NCBI RefSeq assembly: GCF_009914755.1
Contig: NC_060944.1
DNA from: the human T2T-CHM13v2.0 reference genome, Homo sapiens
Direction: 5' to 3' (one strand)
Length of the DNA: 64,000 bases
Of this stretch, positions 44,579 through 64,000 are shown in pieces. Below the pieces are notes generated by a model, which made no database searches, was not told the origin of the DNA, and worked only from the letters and a program-made list of their open reading frames with translations. The position numbers were made by a program, and so were the translations under genes. The stretch's first letter is position 1. Each line of letters opens with the position of its first letter.

Positions 44579-46259
44579 TTCTGGCCGGAGCACCAGACCC
44601 TCTGATCCTGGAGGGACCAGAGTCTGAGCTGGTCCTTCCAGCCAGGCCTGGCAGCCAGAGGTGCTCCGGGATTGCAAACTCCTCTTCTCACCTGCCAAAG
44701 ATGGAGAAGAGTGCCAGGGACCCCTCAAGGAGGGAGACGCTCCATATCCCAGGGCATAGGACTTGCAGGTTCCTAGGAGCAGGAGCATCTCCCATCGCAC
44801 GTGCTTTCTGCTCTTCTGGGAATTTCTCACACTGGCAAAGCAGTCCAGCCTCCGTCTTCTGGTCCACTCTGCTCTGAGCAGCCTGGGATGCTGAACTCTT
44901 CAGAGAGATTTTTTTATAGAGAGATTTCTATAATTTTGATACAAGGTCATGACTATCCTAGAACTCTCTGTGGTTTTTGAAAATCATTGAATTCTATTAA
45001 TGTAGGTACCTAAAGTGACCTTAACTGAATGTGGATGAGGCTGGGGCTGGTGTGGGTCTTTTGGCTGCTTTTCAAGGTGTCCCCCAATGTGGCCCTCAAG
45101 AGCCATCCCCACTGCCTGGCCAGAGCCATTGTTGTCCCCTACTTCCTAGGCCATTTCTGGGGCTTGGGGGATGAATGCTGTCCTGTGCTGTAAACACTAT
45201 GCAAATGGAAGTTATCGGTTGTGGTGCTGTGCAGCGCTCTGTGGGCGACTAAGTGCCACTCACGCAGCATGTTCCTGGCAAGGAGCACATACCATCAAGC
45301 CACACTATCATGGTATTGTTCTCACAGTCTTTTGGTGGTTGATGGCCACTGCAAACCTGGCACCATCAGATCTCTTCTGATCTCTTGCCCCAGTGGGGCC
45401 TGGTTGGTAGAATGTTGGCATTCGGTTGATATCCAAAGCCTGTTCTCCCAGCCGTCCTCCTGCAGCTGGAGCCTTCAGGCCGTATTCTCACGAGGGAACG
45501 TTTGCCAAGGCTCTGACCTCACAGAAGATGCCCAGGGCCCAGAAGCCATCAGAATTATCAGTGGAGAAGCACCTTTTGACTCTTCCCTTCCAATGTAATC
45601 TCTGCCAACACCATGAGGCTTAAGGTGCTCTAAGTCATGAGTGTTTTGGTCTCAAATGCTGCAGTTTTAATAATCTGTGACTCCTGAGAGCCCATGGTTT
45701 TTTGACCTTGTGGTTCTAAAATTCCTTGTCTGACCCCTGTAGATCTTTTCCTTGCCATGTCACCTCCCTTGGCCTTTGATCCTGGAAAGGTGGCAGAGCC
45801 TCCACTGAGCCAGGCCCAGAGCTCCTTGCAGTGCCTTCTTCCTTGTTTACCTGTGGGAGGAAACACTTTTTTTGTCAGGGGCAGCCTGGTTCAGAGCTCA
45901 GAGGTCACACTGTATCAAAGATCTCAAACAGCAAAGTCAGCATTTGCTGTATAGAGCTGCCACCCAACTCTAAGCAGGAGAAACTGTACAGAAAGGGCTT
46001 TGCTATTTTTCCCTTTTGGGAAAACAATGAAGTGTTTTAAGTCCTGGGTGGACTGAGAGATGGTTTGCCTGTCCAGACTTGCTCTCAAGCCTCATCCAGA
46101 GAAGGAGCTGCAGATGAGGGAGCCCGTACACTCCCTGCCACCACTAGGTTGTAAGCCTGTAGCTGGCTGGCTGATTTCATTTTGGAATTCATTTGCCATC
46201 CACAGCCTTACACTAGGCACACACTTTAGAGTCTGGGGCTCCAGTGGGGCCCGCCTAAT

Positions 46260-46404
46260 TTTTTTTCCCCCCAAGACAGGGCCTTGCTCTGTCTCCCAGG
46301 CTGGAGTGCAGTGGCATGATCATGGCTTACTGCAGCCTTGATCTCCCAGGCTCAAGCGATCCTTCTGCCTCAGCCTCTCTGGTAGCTGAGACTGCATGCC
46401 CAGC
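46260..46404 (-). mobile_element. Antisense Alu right-arm fragment in POFUT1 3'UTR
   Basis: ttttttt..gacagggccttgctctgtctcccaggctggagtgcagtggcatgatc... Confidence 0.8.
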
Positions 46405-47104
46405 TCCAAATCACCTTGATTCATATCAGCAGTAATAATCACTTGTGTTCTGAAAGAAAGGGCACCAGAAGTTCTAGCAAAATTCAGTTGTGTTCTGTGA
46501 GCTAGCACTTTTTCCTCTGACCCAATTTTCTTACCTATAAAATGGTGATAAAAACCGACAGGTTGTTCAAAGGCCCAGATCAGCTAAAGCATGTATATAA
46601 GAGCACGTTGTAAACTTGAAAGAGACAAAGGCACAAATGTGGCTGTTGATTAATTTGACTGCTTCTCGTTGCTCGTCACCTCCATGCCAGGCACTGTGCT
46701 TGCTAATTGCTTTATGGGGGCATTCTCTTATTTATTCCCCAGCCCTGGGAAATAGGAGCTGTCATTATCCTTCTCTTTCTGCACAAGGAAAAATTAATGC
46801 CCTGAGAATTGTCATAATTTTCCCAAGGCTGCCCAGCTGGTGGTGTTAAGCCAGAATTTGACCTCCCAGAGCCAGTTTCCATTAGCTGCCATGCTCTGCT
46901 GCCTCTAATTCACAGAATGCACTTTCTACCCTGTGTGCCATGGAGACCTCCTATGGAAAAATGATCAGCCACCTTACCTTCTACTGGGTACCTGCTGTGA
47001 GTCTGCCTATGCCAGAAGGATTAAGGAGGGGAGGTTACCCAAGAAACAAAGCCTACATGCCGCTTACAGCCCCCGTTGGATGGTTGCTCAGTACAACAGT
47101 CTTG

Positions 47105-47780
47105 CATTCAGCAGGTGTTTGTTCATCACCTACTATGTGTCAGGCTCTATGCTAGGTACTGGGGATACAGGAGAGAATCAAGCGTAAAGTCTTTGTTCTC
47201 AAGGAATTTGCATTCTAGAAAGTAGAAGATGTAATAAATGTACTGTGGGACATGTTAATAAGTGCTATAAAGAAATATAAAGGGTTTGGGAGCAAAAAGA
47301 GGGAGTGGATCTATTTTAGATGAGCCCAGGTAAGACCTCTCTGAAGAGCTGTCATGAAGGAGGGAGGGAGCACATTCCTGGCAGAGAAAACAGCACGTGC
47401 AAAGGCCCCGAGACTGGAGTGTGTTCCTGAAGAGCAGCCAGGAGGCCAGCATGGCTGGAGAGGCAGGCATAGGCAGGGAACCGAGCAGCAGGTCAGAGCA
47501 GGCGAGCTGACATTCTGCAGCCTGGACGGCCATGGCAGGAAGCTTTTAGTTGGAGAGATACAGGAAGCCTCCTAGGGTTCTGAGCAGAAGAGGGGCATGA
47601 GCTGATTCACATTCTGAAGGACCTCTCTAGCTGGCCAGTGCTGAGGAGGTTGGAGAGAGAAAGGGTGAAAGCAGAGAGACCAGTGCAGGGCTGTTAACAG
47701 GGTTGCAGGCGAGAGACTGGGGTGCTGGGCTCCCCTAGACTAGGACTCCAGTGCCCTCCTCTCCCAAGAGACAAAGGCCA
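47105..47780 (-). mobile_element. L2 fragment in POFUT1 3'UTR (extent approximate)
   Basis: Antisense L2 end cattcagcaggtgtttgttcatcacctactatgtgtcaggc followed by L2-like purine-rich body. Confidence 0.55.
47712..47764 (+). ncRNA. MIR1825: MIR1825 precursor (mature ~47747-47764, UCCAGUGCCCUCCUCUCC)
   Basis: AGAGACTGGGGTGCTGGGCTCCCCTAGACTAGGACTCCAGTGCCCTCCTCTCC matches hsa-mir-1825 as I recall it; it forms an imperfect hairpin. Confidence 0.8.
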
Positions 47781-48017
47781 TTGCATTGAAGGAGGTGGGA
47801 AATGATTAGATTCTGAACATATGTAATTATTTTTCAGTCTTTTTCAAAGATACAAATATTTACATAGTTTTAATCATGTAATATATACAATTTAATGTCC
47901 TAGTGTTTTACTTAATAGTGTATCATGTTTTCCCTGTTGGTATGTAGCCTGGATAAATGCTCTTAATTATAAAAAATTCTGTCGAGGAGTGTTCCATAGT
48001 TTATTGTTTTCCTATTA

Positions 48018-48396
<379 letters not shown>

Positions 48397-48414
48397 TTAT
48401 TTAAAATGTTCATT

Positions 48415-48551
48415 AATAAAGTTGTTGGACGGGAAGCAAAAAAAAAAAGTTGTTTAAGATAAATTCCCAGAAGTGAATTTGTTAGATCAAACACTTAAAA
48501 CTTTTTGTTATGGAAGAATTCAAATATAAATAAAAAATTGTGAGTAATAAA
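48415..48551 (+). terminator. POFUT1: POFUT1 distal poly(A) signal cluster
   Basis: AATAAA at 48415-48420, 48529-48534 and 48546-48551 in AU-rich context. Confidence 0.65.
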
Positions 48552-48844
48552 ATGAACTCACAGTTTCAACAATGACCCACATTTTACCAGTCTAGTTGCA
48601 TTGACTCTCCCACACCCAAGTCTGTTTGCTAGAGTCTTCAAGAAAACCTAAATGTGTTTTGAAAGAAGAGCCAACAGGATTTGCTGACATGCTGAATGTG
48701 GACTGGGAAGGAAAGAGGAGCCCAGGGTGCTCCAAGATTTAGGGCCCAGGCACCAGGGAGTTGTCCCTGACTTGCAGAGTGACCTTGAAGCAAATCCCTT
48801 CACCTCCGCATTCCTCACCTCAGCATTACAGGTGCTAATGGTCT

Positions 48845-49180
48845 AGGCAGTGCTTCCCAAAGGGTGGTCTTCAGAGGTTCCTTCCAGGGCTGGTTGATAT
48901 GGCAGATTCCCAGGAGCCACCCTGAACCTGAGAATCAGAATGTCTCGGGGGTAGTGCCCAGGAATCTGCCTTTTCACAAGCACCTGCAAGTGATTTGGAT
49001 GCCCAGTGGCCCAAGACCTGAAACTGTGGTCGTCAGACCAGCGGCATCAGCATCACCTGGGGGAACTTGCTAGAAATGCAGAATCCCAGGCCCCCGCCCA
49101 GAACCACTGAGTCAGGATCTCTGGGGACGCAGCCCAGGAATCTCTTAAGCTCTCTTGGGGCTAAAACTTGAGCAACACTG
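48845..49180. mobile_element. MER5-like hAT-Charlie DNA transposon fragments
   Basis: gcagattcccagg..gaatcagaatgtctc..cccaggaatctgccttttcacaagc; gcatcagcatcacctgggggaacttgctagaaatgcagaatc. Confidence 0.65.
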
Positions 49181-49569
49181 ATCTGAAGGAAGTGGGGATC
49201 TCACTGTGTGGTCATTCAGCCCACGGTAATGGAAGACCTCTGCAGCCCCTCCCTGGCAAGCCTCACGGGTTCCACCAGGCATGGTCAACAAGGTGGCTTT
49301 AGGAACTGCCTGCTGCCCAGTTTGTACTGACCTACATCTCCTATTGTATATTTGTAGGGGCTTTACAACCAGATGATCAAATCTCATTGTTTTACGGTCA
49401 GCCCAAATTTATATATAAGAAAAGGAAGGGAAGCCTGGGCGCAGTGGCTCACTCCCATCATCCTAGCATTTTGGGAGGTTGACACAGGCCAATCGCTTGA
49501 GCCCAGGAGTTCGAGACCAGTCTGGGTAACATAGGGAAACCCCGTCTCTACAAAAAAATGCAAAAATTA

Positions 49570-49743
<174 letters not shown>

Positions 49744-50744
49744 TCAATTTTTCAAAATTAAAAGGGAATTCCATTTTTCAAAATCTGCATCTGATTGGAT
49801 AGAGAAATGGAGAAGCTGGTGTTCAAAGGAACCAAAGCTGGAAACACTGTCCTGAAACATTGTAGATCTCCAGACATTTGGAAGGGAGGGGAGAGAGAAT
49901 AAGAAAATAAAGAAGAAAGAGGAGAAAGGACAGAGGGAGGAAGAAAGAGTTGAGTTCTCATTTCTATTTTCTGTTCAAAGAAGCTCAGCAAATAATCTAT
50001 TAATAGTAACTACAACAAAAATAATAATAAGCTTTCACTGGCCTGAAAATAAAGATCCTTCCTCTCCTCAGTTCTCCTTCTGTCCTTAGTGGAATTGACA
50101 GAAAAAACCCATAGCCTGAAGGCAAATCCTGCACTCTGGATTATGTTGTCAAAGTGAATTCAAATTCTTGCTTGAAACCTGGTTTATTTCAGGGTTGAGA
50201 CCTTTCCCTTGAAATAACATTATTTAAGGGCAAGCAGGTTTGGTTTGTTTTTACATCTAATCCTTTATTGATCATCAGCCCAGGATGCCAAGCATAACCA
50301 GGTAAACAGTGAGAATGGAAGAAACAGAAGGCATTTCCCAGAAACCCCATTCCTCAAGTGCAGTGACTCAGAACAATGCCCACCTGGGGGCAGCACCCCG
50401 GGGAGGATACCCCACCCCTCTGAAAAATCCACCTTTGCAAAAAAATTGGCAACACATTGATCCATTTGATATTCATCTCCTCCAGTGTGGGGGATGTTTT
50501 CCCCTCTCTGACACTGCACAAGCTGGTTTAGGAGGTCCTGGGCAGGCACTGGCAGAAGGCAAGAATTATCTTTTCAGTTTTTCTCAATCCTGCTAACAAT
50601 GCCCAAAGAGAAAGTCTCAGTTCAGTGCTATTGTGTCATTAACTCCTCTCTACTGCTTGCTAATAATCTGTCCTTGTAACAGAGTAGACCTCAGAGTCAG
50701 ACAATCTTAGTTTTCTGGAATTTAGTAACACTATTACTAAGTAA

Positions 50745-51125
<381 letters not shown>

Positions 51126-51368
51126 TAAAGTTTCCTTTTAAGAAACTTAGGTTACAAAAAGTGAGTTGGTTCAGAGAAAAAGTATTAAGTAGATGGTGTG
51201 GCATGAATTATGAAGATAAAGTTTGGGAGATCCTTACTCGGCTGGCCCCTGAAGATAGCTCAAAACAATACCCAAGGGGCTTTTGTGAGAGAAACTCTCC
51301 TCACTTTTCACACCTCCGCACTATTGTCTAAGCTTTTGCTCTGCTTAAAACATATCGTAAATGTTTCA

Positions 51369-51641
<273 letters not shown>

Positions 51642-52149
51642 TCACTTGAGCCCAAGAGGTTACAGTGAGCCATGTTTGTGCCACTGCACTCCAGCCTGGG
51701 ACAGAGGGAGACCCTGTCTCAGATAATAAGTAACATGTATTAAATGACTAACATATGTCATTTACCATGTGCTACAGTGTTCTAAGCACTTTACTTCAAT
51801 TAACTCGCCTCATTAGAGAATATCCCTAAGAGGCTGCTTTTCTTATTATCTCCATGTTACAGATAAGAGCACTGAGAAGCAGTGAGGTGAAGCACCCAGC
51901 TTAAGGTTGTAGAGCCTGTGAGTGGAAGAGCTGGGACTTGGGCCCTAGAAGCATGGCACACGAGTCAGTGCCCCAAAGCCACGCATTGTGCTGCCTCTGA
52001 TGTCATGTTACCCATCAGACCAAATTATTTGCTAACTTGTTTCCCCAGCTGGACCAGAAGTGTCCCCCAGGAATAGGGACCATGCCTGATGCATCTCCCA
52101 ACATCAGCGCCTAGCCCAGTGCTTGGTTTATAAAAGTGTCCTAAATTTA

Positions 52150-52567
<418 letters not shown>

Positions 52568-52600
52568 TCAAAAAAATAAAAAAAGAAAATACAAAAATTA

Positions 52601-52741
<141 letters not shown>

Positions 52742-52758
52742 TCAAAAAAAAAAAAAAG

Positions 52759-52782
52759 AATATATATATATATATATATATA
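52759..52782. repeat. (TA)n microsatellite at Alu tail
   Basis: atatatatatatatatatatata. Confidence 0.85.
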
Positions 52783-54023
52783 TTCACTCATTCAACCCAT
52801 ATATGTGTATGTGTACATATACGTCTGGCATCATGGAGGGTTCGTGGAGGAGATAGGAGTCGAGTCAAATGCTGGGTATGATTTTAACAGCCACACATGG
52901 GAGATAAGAAAAGGAATTATAGATGGAGGGATTGCGTGAACAAAGGTGCTGACCCAGGTGTTGAGAGCTAAGTCTGTGGGGAGCAGCAAGCAGTGCTGGC
53001 CATAGGTTTAGGGAGGTGGAGACAAGAGATGAGGCAGCATCAGGAGGTTTGAGCCATGTGAGAAGGCTCTGGAATGCCAAACTAAGAGGTTTGGTCCTTA
53101 CCCTTGGGGATCTTAACCAGAAGTTGTCTCAGGATTAGAGGCAAATACATGGGGTAAGGGTACGAGCAGGGGCTTTGCAGGGCTCACTAAGGGCCCTGAG
53201 GCATCATAGGAGTGAAAGGGTCCTCATAGTGCCCCTTGAGGGCAATGCCAAAAGGCAGGACTTTGGCTGCATAAATTACTCAAAAATGTAATGACAATAA
53301 ATTCATGTACAGGGTGAAAAATTCAAAAAGTTCAAAATAATATACCTGTAGTGTGAAAAATAAGTGCCCCCTTGCTAGCGCAAACCCCACTCCAGAGGCA
53401 AACACTGCTCAAAGTTTCATGGCCAGGTGTGGTGGCTCACGCCTGTAATCCCAGCACTTTAGGAGGTGGAGGCAGGTGGATCACTTGAGATCAGGAGTTG
53501 GAGATCAGCCTGGCCAAAATGGCAAAACCCAGTCTCTACTAAAAGTACAAAAGTCTTGGATTTGTGCACTTTGATTTCTGTCCTGGTGCTACAGTGTGCT
53601 GGCTATACACAGTCTGGGAGACTTGGCTTCAAATCCCAGCCCAGTCACTAACTCAAGTCATTGTGGGACTCAAACAAGTCACTAGCCTGTCTGAACCTCA
53701 GTTTTTGCATCTACAATACAGAAATAGGCCTAGCGTGGTGGCTCATGCCTTTAATCCCAGTATTTTGGGAGGCTGAGTCAGGAGAATCACTTGAGACCAA
53801 GAAATCAAGAACAGCCTGAGCAATATGGCAAAACTCCCATCAATACAAAATAAAAATTAAAAATTTAGCCAGGTGTGGTGCTGTGTGCCTGTGGTCCCAG
53901 CTACTTAGGTGGCTGAGGCAGGAGGATCACTTGAGCCCAGGAGGCAGATGCTGTAGTGAGCTGTGATGGTGCTACCACACTCCAGCCTGGGCAACAGAGC
54001 AAGACTGCATCTAAAAAAAAAAT

Positions 54024-54083
54024 ACACACGCACACACACACACAGATATAGATATAGATATAGATATAGATATAGATAGATAT
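54024..54083. repeat. (CA)n followed by (GATATA)n compound microsatellite
   Basis: acacacgcacacacacacacagatatagatatagatatagatatagatatagatagatata. Confidence 0.85.
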
Positions 54084-55306
54084 AAATAATATTGCCACAG
54101 TACCTGATACATAGTAGATGGTTGATAATAAAAGTGTGTTATTATTTAGTGAAATTGCATAACCTTTCTGAAATTCAGATTCTTCAGCTAGGAACCAGCA
54201 GTTGGCATGAGGCTGTCAGAGAGATTCCAAAGTTCATGAAAATGTTTTGCAAGTCTTAGGAGGGCCTCAAATATGAAGGATTAAGCATTATGGGGGCTCT
54301 GGCAACCCTGCCAGGCATTGCCTGCTATAAGTTTCCTTTACATCTCCCTCTGGCTTTTAAATGTTGTGTTTGCTTACAGTGAGACCATTTTCTCCCAGCT
54401 GCTGCCGGTAAGCGAACAGGAACTCTGAGCACTTTGCCTGCTGGGGAGATGGGCTGGCAGGAGAAACCCCCTCCCACCTCCAAGGGGTTAGGCTTCTGGG
54501 GAGTAGGGCTTGGAGGGAGTTAAGGACCCAGGCCAATGATGTAGGGGCAGAGAATGGGGAGAGGCAGAGAACTGCCTCTTTGCAACAGGCCCTGGCCTTC
54601 CGTGAACTCTTGCCTCCTCTGCAACTGTAAAATGAGGGCTTTGGAACTGAGTCACCCTTTGGAAAGGGCATTAGGTTTGGAGTGTAAGGGCGCGGGTGCA
54701 AGGCCTAGCTTTAAAATTAATCCGGAGTGTAATTATGAGACTCAGTGTTCTCATCTGTAAAATGAGAATACAAATTAAGCCATTGAACCATTATGAATTA
54801 AGTCTTCCTCCCATGGTACTGGCATTCTAGTGGGGAAGAAACAGATAAGAAATAAATAACGAAACATTAGCTGGGGCCAGGCTTATGTCTGTAATCTCAG
54901 CACTTTGGGAGGCCAAGGTGGAAGGATGGCTTGAGCCCAAGAGTTGAGACCAGCCTGGCAATGTGAGAAAACCCTGTCTCTACCAAAAGAAAGAAAAAAA
55001 AAAGAACAAACGAAAATTAGCCAGGCATAATGGCACATGCCTGTAGTCCTGTAAAACCAAAGATGAGGCCAGGTGCAGTGAGTCACGCCTGTAATCCCAG
55101 CACTTTAGGAGGCTGAGGTGAGAGGATCACTTGAGCCCAGGAGGTGGAGGTTGTAGTAAGCCGTGATGGCACCATTGTACTCCAGCCTGGGCGACAGAGC
55201 AAGACCCTGTCTCAAAAAACAAAACAACAAAAAAACTCAGCCACACTCTCATCATCCAATACTTAACCAGTTTTTTTTCTTTTCTTTTTTTTTTTTTTTT
55301 TTTTGA

Positions 55307-55590
<284 letters not shown>

Positions 55591-55617
55591 TAACCACTTT
55601 TATTTTTTAAACAATTA

Positions 55618-55932
<315 letters not shown>

Positions 55933-56110
55933 TTAGCCGGGCACAGTGACTCACGCCTATAATCCCAGCACTTTGGGAGGCTGAGGCTGGCAGATCATGA
56001 GGTCAAGAGATTGAGACCATCCTGGACAACATGGTGAAACCCCGTCTCTACTAAAAATACAGAAAAGTTAGCTGGGTGTGGTAGTGCGTGCCTGTACTCC
56101 CAGCTACTCA

Positions 56111-56227
<117 letters not shown>

Positions 56228-56689
56228 TTAGCCGGGCATAGTGGTGTACACCTGTGGTCCCAGGTACATGGGAGGCTGAGCTGGGAGGATTGCTTGAGCC
56301 TAGGAGGTCAAGGCTGCAGTGAGCCATGATTGTGCCACTGCATTCCAGCCTGGTGACAGAGACCACATCTCAAAGAAAAAGAAAGTATGAGGCGGTAACG
56401 AAGACTATGAATGAGAATGAAATAGAGTAAAGAGAAAGAGAGTAACTGGGGTGGTCAGGGGAGGCCTCTGTGTTCAGGTCACATTTGAGCAGAGGCCTGA
56501 AGGAGGTGAGTGAGTGAGCCATATGGGTATCTGGGGAAGACCATTTCAGGTAGAAGGAACAGCAAGTGCAGAAGTCCTGAAAGGGAGATGATTTTGGCCA
56601 TAGGGAGCGGGGCAGGAGGTGAGGTATGACAGTGAGAGAGGCCAGATCATAATGGACCTCACCTTTGGTTTTTCATGGGTTCTGCCTTT

Positions 56690-63020
<6,331 letters not shown>

Positions 63021-63097
63021 TTATCTCTTTTTATACTTTTTAAATTTAGTACTTTAGTCATACAAGTTGGAGTCAGAAAAAAAAAGGAAAAAAATAG

Positions 63098-63645
63098 TAT
63101 TAGTTATCTATTGCTGCAAATAAGTTACCCTTAAACTCAGCAGCTAACGACAACATTTATTATCTCACACATTTTTTGAGGACAAGGAATCTGGAATCAG
63201 CTTTGCTGGGTGATTCTGGCTCAGGGTCTTTCATGAGGTTACAGTCAAAATGTCAGCCAGGGCTGCCATCATCTGAAGGTTTGACTGGGGCTGCAGGGTG
63301 CACTTCCAAGATGTCTCACTCGTGTGGCTGTTGGCTGGAGGTCTCAGTTCCTCACTAGCTGTTGACCAGAGGCCTCAGTTATTCTCCTTGTGGGCTTCTT
63401 CACAGAGATGCTCTCAATTTGACAGCTGGCTTCACCCACAACAAGGGATCCAAGAGAAAGATCCAAGACAGAAGCTACTGTGTCTTTTATAACCTAATCT
63501 CAGAAGTGTCATATAATATCATTTCAGCCATATTCTATTGGTCACACAGGCCAGTGCTGGTTCCGTGTGGGAAGAGACTACACAAGGATTTGAATACAAG
63601 TAGGTGGGGGTCATTGAAGGCCATCTTCAAAGCTGGTGACCACAG
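63098..63645. mobile_element. MaLR MLT1-type solo LTR
   Basis: tattagttatctattgctgcaaataagttacccttaaactcagcagc...ggccatcttcaaagctggtgaccaca. Confidence 0.7.
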
Positions 63646-63844
63646 CACATGAATGTATTACCAATTCAGATTCTTTTGTGAATATAAAGATATCACTGAG
63701 ACATATTATTAATAGAAAGAAGGCAAGTTGCCTGCATATATATAATCTCACTTAAAAAAGAAGCATGAAACCTACATATTTCTATTACATACACATATAA
63801 ATATGTAGAAAAAGATTGAGAAGGATACACTTAAAACTGGTAAT

Positions 63845-64000
63845 GGCTGGGCATGGTTGCACGCACCTGTAATTCTAGCACTTTGGGAGGCCGAGGTGGG
63901 TGGATCACCTGAGGTCAGGAGTTTGAGACCAGCCTGGCCAACGTGGCAAAACACTGTCTCTACTAAAAATACAAAAATTAGCCGGACGTGTTGGCATGCT
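63845..64000 (+). mobile_element. Alu (truncated by window end)
   Basis: Alu left arm and linker. Confidence 0.88.

Noticed and set aside
44576-44605. POFUT1 stop-codon readthrough masking RDEF
   Set aside because: Context is TGA-TTC, not the TGA-CTAG motif, and another TGA follows after 8 codons.
43933-44830. 252-aa and 155-aa minus-strand ORFs
   Set aside because: Antisense shadow of POFUT1 exon 7 running into an Alu.
50185-50218. Small inverted repeat ttatttcaggg...cccttgaaataa
   Set aside because: Stem too short to distinguish from chance.

Overview
Mammalian (primate, almost certainly human) genomic DNA, recognised from the translated exons as the chr20q11.21 TSPY26P-PLAGL2-POFUT1 locus. 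Left edge: 5' end of the TSPY-like gene TSPY26P/TSPYL3 (minus strand, ATG at 192, ORF runs off the window). PLAGL2 (minus; 3 exons; CDS 12101-11842 + 7605-6375 = 1491 nt, 496 aa; ~3.9 kb 3'UTR ending near 2430) is head-to-head with POFUT1 (plus; 7 coding exons = 1167 nt, 388 aa, C-terminal RDEF; alternative last exon at 26929 giving 194 aa; ~4 kb 3'UTR hosting MIR1825) across a ~200 bp CpG-island bidirectional promoter. The rest is Alu/MIR/L2/L1/MaLR/MER5-rich intron and intergenic DNA, and most ORF-track entries are Alu translations. I found no wholly new gene system. The best leads are: (1) a PLAGL2 leader with three serial uORFs that is also stop-free in the CDS frame; (2) two inverted, locally templated copies between Alus at 55-57 kb, exactly where Alu orientation flips; (3) a strong cryptic donor inside POFUT1 exon 4 next to the alternative last exon and a motif-dense element; (4) alternative polyadenylation that would switch an inverted-Alu pair and MIR1825 in or out of the POFUT1 3'UTR. 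Gene names come from my recall of the proteins, not from a database search. Repeat boundaries, subfamilies and TSS/cleavage positions are approximate.
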